NCBI RefSeq assembly: GCF_014337235.1 | Contig: NZ_CP060636.1 | DNA length: 64,000 bases | Reading direction: 5' to 3' (one strand) | DNA from: [Eubacterium] hominis | GTDB taxonomy: Bacteria; Bacillota_I; Bacilli_A; Erysipelotrichales; Erysipelotrichaceae | Part shown: piece by piece, positions 51,899-61,296 of the stretch | How the letters are laid out: every line of letters starts with the position of its first letter | Position numbering within the stretch: position 1 is the stretch's first letter | The notes under the pieces: generated by a model | Databases searched by the model: none | Told to the model about the DNA's origin: nothing | What the model saw: only the letters and a program-made list of their open reading frames with translations | Position numbers and translations under genes: made by a program

Positions 51899-52480
51899 AT
51901 GGAAGAAAGGTCATTAGATTTACTACCGAGGTTGGAGGATACTCGTGATAGGCAAATTCCCCAAATTTTGAAATTTGAATTAAATGAAATAAAAGCACAT
52001 TTTGATGAGGACTTATCTGCAATATCAAGTTTGTTTACAGTATTTAAGCAAAATGAGAAAAATGATGTTTGTGCAAAGTTAATCTTGAGATCGCAAGTTG
52101 TTTTGTTGGAAAGTGCTTTTGATTTTTACTTACATGAAATAACAAAATTTGGTGTAAATAAAATCTTTGAGGGATCATGGGTGTCAACAGAGAAATATAA
52201 AAACATAGTCATAAAATTAGAAATGGTTGAAAAAATCTTAAACAATGAAGTTAGCGAAAATTGGTTTTTTGAGTTTATAAATCAATATTATTCAAAAGAA
52301 ACGATGGTTTCTTTTGAATCGATAAAAGATCAAATGAACTTATTAGGTATAAGAATACAAGATATTGCAGATAAGGCTTTTTATGAACAAGGTTCTTCTA
52401 AGCCAACAATAACTAAAATGAAAAACATTGTAAATGCGTTATATAAGAGAAGAAATATCATTGCCCATCAGTCAAATTGA
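51899..52480 (+). CDS. small partner protein with C-terminal HEPN-like RNxxxH motif (RRNIIAHQSN); ORF interrupted by in-frame TGA
   Basis: start overlaps ATPase stop (TAGATGG); Rx4H motif; same frame stays open for 38 codons after TGA at 52478-52480. Confidence 0.45.
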   Translation: MEERSLDLLPRLEDTRDRQIPQILKFELNEIKAHFDEDLSAISSLFTVFKQNEKNDVCAKLILRSQVVLLESAFDFYLHEITKFGVNKIFEGSWVSTEKYKNIVIKLEMVEKILNNEVSENWFFEFINQYYSKETMVSFESIKDQMNLLGIRIQDIADKAFYEQGSSKPTITKMKNIVNALYKRRNIIAHQSN

Positions 52481-52657
52481 GGACATGAAGATGCTGCATA
52501 TTATCCTATTACCAAAGAACAGGTAAATGACTTTATTGTTGGTGTTGAAAAAATAGTAAATGCAGTACATGAAGTGGCAATGCTGCATGAATGATGGTAA
52601 ATAAGTATTTAAGTTCTACAAGAAGCTTAGGTACTTTTTTTATTCAAAATTTTAAAT

Positions 52658-52686
52658 TTGACAAATAGGCAACTTGTTGCTATAAT
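52658..52686 (+). promoter_or_regulatory. sigma-70-type promoter TTGACA-N17-TATAAT of the MarR gene, with inverted-repeat operator
   Basis: consensus -35 and -10 hexamers; GCAACTTGTTGC / GCAACAAGTTAC inverted repeat brackets the -10. Confidence 0.6.
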
Positions 52687-52717
52687 TTAGGCAACAAGTT
52701 ACCTAAAGGAGGCCTAT

Positions 52718-53209
52718 ATGGAATTAAAAGATTTGATTGAGAAGTTTTCTGACACAAAAGAAAACCAGCAAAAGGCAGTATTCAACACCATTTTTATCGC
52801 TGGGAATAAGCTTCAAACGATATTTGATCAGCATATACCAGATATATCTTTAAAACAATTTATGTTGTTATCCACAATACGTCATGCGGATAAACAAATG
52901 ACATTTACACAATTGGGGGAGCTATTGGGATGCTCAAGACAAAATATAAAAAAAATCGCCAGTGTGTTAGAGAAAAAAGGTTATGTAAACATTCAAACAA
53001 GTTCAGAAGATTCAAGGGCACAATGTATTTGTCCTACTGCTAAGGTACAGGACTTTTTTGAAAATACTTTCCATCAATATCAAAAGGAATTAAAGTTTCT
53101 GTTTGAAGTCTACACAGATGAGGAAATGGAGATGTTATTTCATTTGATGATGAAGCTGTATGATGGTATTGAACATTTGGAAAGTGCAGTTAGTAAAGAT
53201 GAAGCATAA
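52718..53209 (+). CDS. MarR-family transcriptional regulator
   Basis: winged-HTH LGELLGCSRQNIKKIASVLEKKGYV; RBS aaaggagg. Confidence 0.8.
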   Translation: MELKDLIEKFSDTKENQQKAVFNTIFIAGNKLQTIFDQHIPDISLKQFMLLSTIRHADKQMTFTQLGELLGCSRQNIKKIASVLEKKGYVNIQTSSEDSRAQCICPTAKVQDFFENTFHQYQKELKFLFEVYTDEEMEMLFHLMMKLYDGIEHLESAVSKDEA

Positions 53210-53582
53210 AGGAATTATTATAGTTGGATGTATTTGTTTATTGCTGATTATGGGTGGTGTATTTGCCATGAACCATATTGTAGATCAGGCGGACAGGCTT
53301 AGCATGAAAACACCTGATTTAGAAAAGATTGATGATGGAATTTATGAAGGGAAATATGGTATTGTGCCAGTTTCAGTGGTGGTTCAGGTATCTGTTCAAA
53401 ATCATAAGATGGTAGATATTGCGATTGTAAAACATGAAAATGGTCTTGGAGGCAAGGCAGAAAAAGTTGTAAAGGATATTATAAAAACGCAATCTCTTGA
53501 TGTAGATACCATATCTGGGGCAACAGTGAGTAGTAAATGTATCATGAAAGCGATCGAACAGGCGCTTGTTAAAGGAGAATAA
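53199..53582 (+). CDS. membrane-anchored FMN-binding domain protein
   Basis: N-terminal TM then FMN_bind motif SGATVSSKCIMKAIEQAL. Confidence 0.6.
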   Translation: MKHKGIIIVGCICLLLIMGGVFAMNHIVDQADRLSMKTPDLEKIDDGIYEGKYGIVPVSVVVQVSVQNHKMVDIAIVKHENGLGGKAEKVVKDIIKTQSLDVDTISGATVSSKCIMKAIEQALVKGE

Positions 53583-53583
53583 T

Positions 53584-54120
53584 ATGAGCAATCAATTAGT
53601 AATATACAAATCAAAGTATGGGGCAACTGAAAAATATGCCAAAATGCTGGCAGAATTATATGATTTTGATATGGTGAAAGTGAGTGATTTTCGTACATCA
53701 ATGATACAGCATTATGATGTAATTGTATTAGCAGGCGCAGTCTATGCGAGTGGAATATCTGGATTAAAAGTGCTTCAGAAAAATTATTCTGATATGAAAG
53801 ATAAAATTGTGGCAATCTTTTGTGTAGGGGCTTCTCCATATGATGAAAAAGCAATCCTACAAATAAAGAATCATAATTTAAAAGGGGAATACAGCGATCT
53901 TCCATTATTTTATGGCAGAGGTGCATGGGATGAGGATAAGATGAGCTTTAAAGATCGTACCTTGTGTAAAATGTTAAAAAAGGTAGTAGCGAAAAAGGAT
54001 CCTGCTGCTTATGAACCTTGGGAAGAAGCACTGATCTCTGCATTTGGAAAACAACATGACTGGACAGATGAGTGCTATTTAAAACCATTAATCGCTTATA
54101 TTCAAACAAACAAAAAGTGA
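53584..54120 (+). CDS. flavodoxin-like domain protein
   Basis: NQLVIYKSKYGATEKYAKMLAE flavodoxin-type N-terminus; RBS aaaggagaa. Confidence 0.55.
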   Translation: MSNQLVIYKSKYGATEKYAKMLAELYDFDMVKVSDFRTSMIQHYDVIVLAGAVYASGISGLKVLQKNYSDMKDKIVAIFCVGASPYDEKAILQIKNHNLKGEYSDLPLFYGRGAWDEDKMSFKDRTLCKMLKKVVAKKDPAAYEPWEEALISAFGKQHDWTDECYLKPLIAYIQTNKK

Positions 54121-54133
54121 GGACACAACATCC

Positions 54134-54556
54134 TCACTTTTCTTCTACACATAAATCTTTCGGATCAATCAATTCACCAGTAGCTTCATTTACATAGGCG
54201 ATTTTTACATTTGCTTCTTTATACTTTAAGCATTTATAACTTTTATCTAAATGCTTGTCACCCCATATCAAGATGGCATTAAATACATCATCTAAATCTT
54301 CACTTTTTTCAGTTAAATCATACTGATAGCGTGGGGGGTGTTGTGAATATAAAGAACATTTCAATAAATCATCTTCACATAGATCTTTTAATCGTTTACT
54401 TAATAGATTTGTGGGGATACCTTCTAAAGCATCCTGCAGTTCTTTATATGTGTGGTGGCCACATTTCACGGAATGTAAAATTAATAGTGTCCACTTATCA
54501 CCAATCAGATTTAAACTCTGCGCAATATTACAAGGTAAATCATACTGTTTTTTCAT
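54134..54556 (-). CDS. HxlR-family transcriptional regulator
   Basis: CNIAQSLNLIGDKWTLLIL HxlR-type HTH. Confidence 0.75.
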   Translation of the reverse strand: MKKQYDLPCNIAQSLNLIGDKWTLLILHSVKCGHHTYKELQDALEGIPTNLLSKRLKDLCEDDLLKCSLYSQHPPRYQYDLTEKSEDLDDVFNAILIWGDKHLDKSYKCLKYKEANVKIAYVNEATGELIDPKDLCVEEK

Positions 54557-54613
54557 GTTATCATCCCTTTTCGTTCATTATTCCCTAATGTTTTGTTTTA
54601 TTTAAACATATAT

Positions 54614-55852
54614 TTATTTAATTGCCAAGGTTTTATCTATAATCTGTTGCATAATATCACTTGTTAATTGCCCTTTTGCGATACCATATGGGATACCATC
54701 TCTTTTCACCATGATGGTAGTAGGATAGGAACTAATGCCAAATGCACTGCTTATAGCACCATCAGAGTCAAATAATACAGGCATTGTATAATCATTTTCT
54801 TTTAAGAAATCATATACACTTTGTTCACCATTTTTCTCACCAGGTGGATAAACAATGGTCAATACTACAACATCTTTACTATCTTTATACTTTTCATATA
54901 AAGCCTGAATGTGTGGCATTTCTGCCTGACATGGTGGACACCAGGTTGCCCAGAAATTCAGGAAAATCACTTTGCCACGATAATCCTTGAATGATATCTG
55001 GTTGCCATTTTGATCCTTTAATACATAATCAAGAGGTGGTACTTCTGTATTACCAGGTTCTTCATCTTTTTTCTCTGGTTCTTTTTTCTCTTCTGTATCT
55101 GTCTGTTTATCCGTTTTCACAGTTTCTTTTTGTGTTGTGGATGGAGATAGATAGCTGGTGATGGTATTCATTTTACCTGTAAACATCATGATTCCCATCA
55201 ATATCAAAATGACTGCGCCAATTTTTACTGTATAGTTCATAATCTTTTTATGAGAGGAAAGCCATGATAATGCCTTATTGGTAAAAATACCAAGAATCAG
55301 AAATGGAATTGTTAAACCTAAAGCATAAATCAACATTAAGCCATTACTGATCAGGAAGTTTTGAGAACTACCTGCCAGAATTAAAATGCTGGATAAGGCA
55401 GGACCAATACAAGGTGTCCATGCGAAACTAAACGTAAATCCCATGGCAAATGCCACAAAGATATTCATCGTTTTCTTTGGCTTCATACCTATTTTAAACG
55501 TTTTTTCTAGCGTCTTAAATTTAATGATGCCTAATTGATGGATACCTAAAAGAATAATTAAGATACCACCAATTCTTGCGAATAATAGCATATGTGAAGA
55601 AAAGAAACTGCTAAAGACACTGATTCCAATATTCATCAAGAAAATAGCTATGAAGATACCGAATATAAAACAGATGGTAAACAGTAATACTTTTCTTTGG
55701 GGATGTGGTTCACTTCCACTGCTATGTCCAGCCAGATAACCCATATACACAGGTAACAGTGGTAGTACACAAGGCGAAAAGAAGGATAATAATCCTTCTG
55801 TAAATATAAGAAGTAAGCTAATATTGCTTAGTATGTCATTAGGATTAACCAT
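54614..55852 (-). CDS. cytochrome c-type biogenesis protein CcdA (DsbD-like) fused to TlpA/ResA-like thioredoxin domain
   Basis: SPCVLPLLP and TPCIGPAL membrane Cys motifs; C-terminal WATWCPPCQ. Confidence 0.8.
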   Translation of the reverse strand: MVNPNDILSNISLLLIFTEGLLSFFSPCVLPLLPVYMGYLAGHSSGSEPHPQRKVLLFTICFIFGIFIAIFLMNIGISVFSSFFSSHMLLFARIGGILIILLGIHQLGIIKFKTLEKTFKIGMKPKKTMNIFVAFAMGFTFSFAWTPCIGPALSSILILAGSSQNFLISNGLMLIYALGLTIPFLILGIFTNKALSWLSSHKKIMNYTVKIGAVILILMGIMMFTGKMNTITSYLSPSTTQKETVKTDKQTDTEEKKEPEKKDEEPGNTEVPPLDYVLKDQNGNQISFKDYRGKVIFLNFWATWCPPCQAEMPHIQALYEKYKDSKDVVVLTIVYPPGEKNGEQSVYDFLKENDYTMPVLFDSDGAISSAFGISSYPTTIMVKRDGIPYGIAKGQLTSDIMQQIIDKTLAIK

Positions 55853-56169
55853 TACTTACCTTCTATAAAGTTCACTAATTTAGGATATGGCTGGTATCCT
55901 AAAACTGAATTTACAAGAATTCCTTTTTTGATAAGAAACAGATTTGGGATGGATTGTACCCCAAAACGTGCAGCAAGGTTTGGTTCTTTATCTACATCAA
56001 CTTTCAAAACTGCCACTTTTCCAGCATATGCTTCTGCCAGCTTTTCAATTTCAGGTGCCAGCATCTTACAAGGGCCGCACCATGATGCATAGAAATCGAT
56101 AAATACGACTTCATTCTTTTTTATAATTTCATTAAATTCAACTTCATTTGGATGTAATACATTTGACAT
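55852..56169 (-). CDS. trxA: thioredoxin
   Basis: WCGPCK active site, 105 aa. Confidence 0.9.
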   Translation of the reverse strand: MSNVLHPNEVEFNEIIKKNEVVFIDFYASWCGPCKMLAPEIEKLAEAYAGKVAVLKVDVDKEPNLAARFGVQSIPNLFLIKKGILVNSVLGYQPYPKLVNFIEGK

Positions 56170-56187
56170 AATATATGCCTCCTTTAC

Positions 56188-57525
56188 TTATTGTACATTT
56201 GAAAATAAATCGTTTAATGCTTCACTCATGGTTGGATGTGTGAAGATGTGATCACGTATTGCCTGATATGGAAGTTTTTGATCCATGGCAAGAGCCACAA
56301 AGTTGATCATTTCTTCTGATTCCGCACAGAACAATACACATCCTAACACTTGTTCAGTATCTGCGTCAATTACAGCTTTTAATAAACCGTTTGGTTGTGA
56401 GATGACATTGGCACGAGGAATTGCGGCAGCAGGCATCTTTGCGATTTTGATGTTATGAGCAGCCTTTAATGCTTCCTGTTCACTTAATCCTACACGGGAG
56501 AATGTTGGGGAAATAAATACAGAATAAGCAATGTTTCCACGATTTTCTGTTGTACGTTTTCCTTCACCAAATAAATGATCTTTCACAATACGATAATCAT
56601 CTAATGAGATATAGGTAAACTGTAGACCACCTTTGACATCGCCCATCGCATAAATATGAGGAACATTTGTCTGTAGATGTTCATTCACGATTACATTGCC
56701 ACGTGCATCTACTTTAACACCAGCCTGATCTAAAGCCAAAGCTTTTGTATTTGCATGTCTACCAGCAGCTAGTAAGACACCATCTACAGTTAAGCGATGA
56801 TTATTTCCTGATGCATCTTTATAGGAAACAACAACCTGTTCGCCATCATTTTCAAATGCTTCTACACTGCTTAAGAATTCAAAAGCAACACCCTGAGATT
56901 CTAAAACTTTTTGAATCTCATCAGCGATATCTTTATCCTCACGTTTTACCAAACGTTCCCCATGTTCAAACACAGTAACTTTACTGCCATATCTTGCGTA
57001 CATACTGGAGAATTCTAAACCAATATATCCACCGCCGATGATCGCAAGGCGTTTTGGCAGCTCTGTCAGCTTCATCAATTCTGCGCTTGTATATACGTGT
57101 TTTGTATCATGAATACCTTTAATATTAGGAATATTTGGTTCTGATCCTGTGTTGATAAATAGCATATCACCATATAGAACTTCATCCAGTTCTTCATTTT
57201 TAATATGTACTTCATGATCACTTACAAATTGTGCTGTAGCTGTATAAACATCAACATTTTCCAGCTGGTCTAATTTATCGAAGTTTTTCTTTCTCAGTTT
57301 TGTGACCAGTATTTCTTTATTTTCTACTGCTTTCGTATATCCGTTTTTATCTGCCTGTATAATCAATGATTTGGAAGGGATACAACCCTCATTGATGCAA
57401 GTACCACCATACATCTGGTTGCTTTTTTCTATCATTGCCACATGTTTTCCACGCTTTGCCATTTCAGCGGCCAGCGTTTTACTACCTTTTCCAAAACCAA
57501 TCATGATTGCATCATATTTTTTCAT
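56188..57525 (-). CDS. class I pyridine nucleotide-disulfide oxidoreductase (dihydrolipoyl dehydrogenase family)
   Basis: GGTCINEGCIPSK redox-active disulfide motif, FAD and NAD Rossmann folds, C-terminal dimerisation domain. Confidence 0.75.
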   Translation of the reverse strand: MKKYDAIMIGFGKGSKTLAAEMAKRGKHVAMIEKSNQMYGGTCINEGCIPSKSLIIQADKNGYTKAVENKEILVTKLRKKNFDKLDQLENVDVYTATAQFVSDHEVHIKNEELDEVLYGDMLFINTGSEPNIPNIKGIHDTKHVYTSAELMKLTELPKRLAIIGGGYIGLEFSSMYARYGSKVTVFEHGERLVKREDKDIADEIQKVLESQGVAFEFLSSVEAFENDGEQVVVSYKDASGNNHRLTVDGVLLAAGRHANTKALALDQAGVKVDARGNVIVNEHLQTNVPHIYAMGDVKGGLQFTYISLDDYRIVKDHLFGEGKRTTENRGNIAYSVFISPTFSRVGLSEQEALKAAHNIKIAKMPAAAIPRANVISQPNGLLKAVIDADTEQVLGCVLFCAESEEMINFVALAMDQKLPYQAIRDHIFTHPTMSEALNDLFSNVQ

Positions 57526-57677
57526 ATTGTTAAGCCTCCTTGCTTATGACACCCATACTATAACACTGTAAATATAATTTGTAAAGTATCTTGAAAAAAT
57601 AAAGTTACTTTTTTTATTCTTTTGTTTATTGAAGCATATGTTTATGATAAACTTAAAGAAAAAGAGGAGGGGATTTC

Positions 57678-58565
57678 ATGAAACTTACAGAGCTTTTAAA
57701 AGAACTCCAGACACAGGTGCCCATGTGCAGCAGTGAGGAACATGATGTGGATACCAGAAAAGCCTATATGAAAAAAACACGTACCTTCTTACATATTATA
57801 GAAGAAAGCGGTGTGCTAAAAGAATCTGAAATGAACACCTTAAAACGTATTCGTAATAAGATCAATGACATATGGATCAATTATTTATATGGAAGGGTGA
57901 ATACGGCATCATCGCAAATGCAAAATCTTCTACAATACCGTATCCATGATGATATTTATATGGATTATTTTCAAAATCCTGGATCTCAGCCAGCTATATT
58001 ATATCGAGGAAGAATCAGTGAAAAACCACTCACAGATGTGAAATCTTTTTACCATATCCCGTTTAACCAACGCTATTTGATCGGTAATCAGCGTTATAGC
58101 TTGTCAGGTATCCCTTGTTTATATCTTGCTTCTAGTATGGATTGTGTTTATGCAGAGCTTGGACAAAAAAAGAACGTTTGTTTATGTGAATGCAAATGTA
58201 AGAAAGATTTTCCATTATTTGATATGTCCATTGATTATGAATATATCTTGCATCATAAACGTACCAGAAAGGAAGTCATTGATTTTTTATATACGATGCC
58301 TTTAAAATATGCTTGTTCTATCAAGGCATTGGATAATGATGGGGCTAAGTTTAAAACAAATTACATCATTCCACAACTAATCACTGCGACACTTTATAAT
58401 ATGAATACGGATATCAAAGGGATTTGTTATGGCTCTATTGCAGGAAATGATTTATCATATCCCATGCGTTTAAATTATGTATATCTGCCTGTTTATGTTT
58501 TGGGAAAAGATATTTATGATATGGAGTTAATAACATCATTTGATATTAAAATAAGAAAAATGTAA
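57678..58565 (+). CDS. RES-domain-like protein (putative NAD-targeting toxin domain) with ~95-aa N-terminal extension
   Basis: ILYRGR ... GNQRYSLSGIPCLYLASSMDCVYAEL matches the RES R...GRWN...G.pvlYlA.s...A..E pattern; RBS aagaggagggg. Confidence 0.45.
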   Translation: MKLTELLKELQTQVPMCSSEEHDVDTRKAYMKKTRTFLHIIEESGVLKESEMNTLKRIRNKINDIWINYLYGRVNTASSQMQNLLQYRIHDDIYMDYFQNPGSQPAILYRGRISEKPLTDVKSFYHIPFNQRYLIGNQRYSLSGIPCLYLASSMDCVYAELGQKKNVCLCECKCKKDFPLFDMSIDYEYILHHKRTRKEVIDFLYTMPLKYACSIKALDNDGAKFKTNYIIPQLITATLYNMNTDIKGICYGSIAGNDLSYPMRLNYVYLPVYVLGKDIYDMELITSFDIKIRKM

Positions 58566-58844
58566 AAAAGTATATCCAATAGTGCTAAACTGGCCTTTAC
58601 TAGGATACTAAAAAATATTTCAAAATAACTATAATTATCAGTCAATTAGAAATCTTTTTTTCATCCACTCTAAAGCAAGAAAGAATTGTTAAACCATCAA
58701 CAACTTTAATTCTTTTTCCCATGCTTTTGCTTTTTCTTCCAACATTATGAAATCTGGTGTAGCATATTTTATATACCTTATTTTCATATTATTTTTTATT
58801 CGATTTATGTAAACTGTAAAAAACATACTCTTTTTTATAATCTT

Positions 58845-59723
58845 TTAACTGATTTTACATTTAATTTGAATATTTTCACCTATTATCAAACATTTAGAGT
58901 CACTATGATGCCCTACAAGATTTGTTTTCGCAATCGGTAAGTTGGGATTATGAATAATCGGTTGAATCAGTTTTACGATATCAGAATGATTATTTTCCTC
59001 AAACTTTGTGAAAGTACCAAGTAGTAGACCAGATATTTTATCAAATGCTCCCATCTGTTTCAGCTGATGGAAATAAGTAATCATCTGAGGTGCTTCACCA
59101 CCAAAGCTTTCTAGAAACAAAACCTTGTCTTGCAGATTAGGAAAATATGGCGTACCGGCAAGTTTTAAGAAGCATCGTATATTGCCACCTACAACAATAC
59201 CATTAATTTCACTTCCTTGATGGAATGTGAATGTCCAAGGGATATCCATTAGATTGTTAGTTCCTTCTAGCATAGAAGAAAAGAAATCTTTCTGTTGATT
59301 AACCTTGTTTTCTTTTATCAAATTTTTTAATTGATACAAATAAGCAGACTGATTCGTCTTTGTATATATAGCATTGATTATCGTAGTCAAATCGCTGTAT
59401 CCAAAAAAAGGTTTAGGATTTTCTTTGATTATATCAAAATCAAGGTAGCTTAATACTTCATTTGCCATATCCCCGCCTGATATATCGAAAATTGCTTTTA
59501 TATCCTGATCCATATAGAAGTCCATAAGTGCCATCGCCTTTTGTTGACCAGTGCCACTGTATAAATCTTTTGTTTGGTAAATATATTGAGAAAATACTGG
59601 TTCTAGCTGATGGCGTTTCAGTATTTTTTCTAATTCATGAATGCTGCTTTTTGCTTGTATTGGTAATGCATTAGAGCATGCGACGATACCAATTTTATCA
59701 TTTTCTTTTAACATGGATATCAC
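58845..59723 (-). CDS. LD-carboxypeptidase (peptidase S66, LdcA/MccF-like)
   Basis: KIGIVACSN N-terminus and GYSDLT motif. Confidence 0.7.
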   Translation of the reverse strand: MISMLKENDKIGIVACSNALPIQAKSSIHELEKILKRHQLEPVFSQYIYQTKDLYSGTGQQKAMALMDFYMDQDIKAIFDISGGDMANEVLSYLDFDIIKENPKPFFGYSDLTTIINAIYTKTNQSAYLYQLKNLIKENKVNQQKDFFSSMLEGTNNLMDIPWTFTFHQGSEINGIVVGGNIRCFLKLAGTPYFPNLQDKVLFLESFGGEAPQMITYFHQLKQMGAFDKISGLLLGTFTKFEENNHSDIVKLIQPIIHNPNLPIAKTNLVGHHSDSKCLIIGENIQIKCKIS

Positions 59724-59759
59724 CTCTTTATCTTTTATATTAATTGAAAATCAAAACTG

Positions 59760-60173
59760 TTATGCGTGTTTCTCATAATAGATATTTACAAAAAATAAAA
59801 TTGCTAACTGTATAAACATAATGGCAGTAAAAGTAATAATCAAAGTAATATAAATAATTGAATGATATAAACTATAAAGTACAATGGATATTAAGCTTCC
59901 GGCAAGTAGTATATAATTTAAAATTCGCAAAGTGGTTTTATCAGTTTTCATCACAAGTAAAATATCTCGCTCATCCATGTTTCTTGAAGCCACTTCTATG
60001 CTTCCTTTTCTATTTGATGAATTGTAAAAGCTAATTATTCCATATATAAAAGTTAATAGAAATGCTAAGATATAACGAGTTTCTTGGTTGCATAAAAAAG
60101 TGATAAGACAAACTATCGCAATTATTTCCATAATAATAGCAGTTACAAAATATTTTTGATTTCTAATTTTCAT
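59760..60173 (-). CDS. small membrane protein (4 TM) co-transcribed with an XRE regulator
   Basis: overlapping start/stop with upstream XRE gene (ATGA). Confidence 0.5.
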   Translation of the reverse strand: MKIRNQKYFVTAIIMEIIAIVCLITFLCNQETRYILAFLLTFIYGIISFYNSSNRKGSIEVASRNMDERDILLVMKTDKTTLRILNYILLAGSLISIVLYSLYHSIIYITLIITFTAIMFIQLAILFFVNIYYEKHA

Positions 60174-60415
60174 ATGATATCCTCCTGATTATTCATAATC
60201 TCTCGATCTTCTATTCTTTTATTTTCTTCTAAACAACATAATTCCTCAACACTTGTATTGAAAACTTGTGCTAATCGATAAGCAAGCATAAGTGAAGGGC
60301 TGTATTGCTCTTTTTCAATAGAAATGATTGTTCTAGATGAAACATTAACGAGATCGGCTAATTGTTTTTGTGTCATTTTAGCGTTGATTCGCATTTCTTT
60401 GATTTTTGTTTTCAT
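60170..60415 (-). CDS. XRE-family HTH transcriptional regulator (81 aa)
   Basis: MTQKQLADLVNVSSRTIISIEKEQYSPSLMLAYRLAQVFN HTH_3. Confidence 0.8.
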   Translation of the reverse strand: MKTKIKEMRINAKMTQKQLADLVNVSSRTIISIEKEQYSPSLMLAYRLAQVFNTSVEELCCLEENKRIEDREIMNNQEDII

Positions 60416-60609
60416 ATCTATCCCCTTTCTTTTGATGTGAAGCTAGCTTCATGTTAAGCTATTTCTATATTACTTCTGAAAATCATTTTTGTCAACAAAA
60501 ATATGAAGTATACTTCATGTTGCGAGGATTGTTTCACATATGTTAATTTTTGTTGCTTGTGACATTTAAGAAAGATATATATAATAAATTCGAGAAAGAG
60601 GAGATAATA

Positions 60610-61026
60610 ATGATGTTAAATGAAAATATAAAAGCAATAAGAAAACAAAGAGGTCTTTCACAAGAAGAATTAGCAATACGATTACATGTTGTAAGACAAA
60701 CAGTGTCAAAATGGGAGAAAGGTTTATCCGTGCCTGACTCAGATATGCTAGTAAAAATAGCAGAAGTTTTGGAAGTATCCATTGGTGAATTATTAGGGCA
60801 AAGGATGTATGATGAAAAAGATAAAAATGAAATAACAGAGCAGTTAATTCGTATCAATGAACAATTTGCGATAAAAAATAGAAGGTCTAAATTGATATTG
60901 AAAATCATTATTGGAATATTGATTGGATTTCTTGTAGTAAATTTAATTTTGATGGTGGTTGGTATGATATCATTTAATTCGTATAATTCCAATACACATG
61001 CAGAGGTACAAGAGATAAAGGAATAA
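60610..61026 (+). CDS. XRE-family HTH regulator with C-terminal transmembrane anchor
   Basis: LSQEELAIRLHVVRQTVSKWEKG HTH_3; C-terminal hydrophobic helix; RBS aaagaggag. Confidence 0.75.
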   Translation: MMLNENIKAIRKQRGLSQEELAIRLHVVRQTVSKWEKGLSVPDSDMLVKIAEVLEVSIGELLGQRMYDEKDKNEITEQLIRINEQFAIKNRRSKLILKIIIGILIGFLVVNLILMVVGMISFNSYNSNTHAEVQEIKE

Positions 61027-61296
61027 TGAATAGTATCATAAAAAAAGCTAAGATTTAGGATAATTTTAGCTTTTTTTCTATAATTTGATAACATTTTCAG
61101 AATCTTCATTATAAACATGATTATAAAACGCAATCATATAATATAAAATGCATTATCTTCTATCAAGAAAATAATAGTACATATGAAGTGTTGAATTTTA
61201 TAAGTAAAAACAAAAAGTAAAAAAGTTTTTGAAATCCTGGGTGCCTTAATGCTTCATATATGTTACAATTATTTCATGTGAAGGAGATGCATTTGT

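Noticed and set aside
52478-52480. selenocysteine codon
   Set aside because: No SECIS-like hairpin is evident immediately downstream and there are no selenoprotein machinery genes in the window. A nonsense mutation or sequencing error is simpler.
60543-61133. 196-aa minus-strand ORF
   Set aside because: It is antisense to the well-supported XRE gene (60610-61026) and has an Ile/Phe-rich low-complexity translation typical of AT-rich antisense frames.
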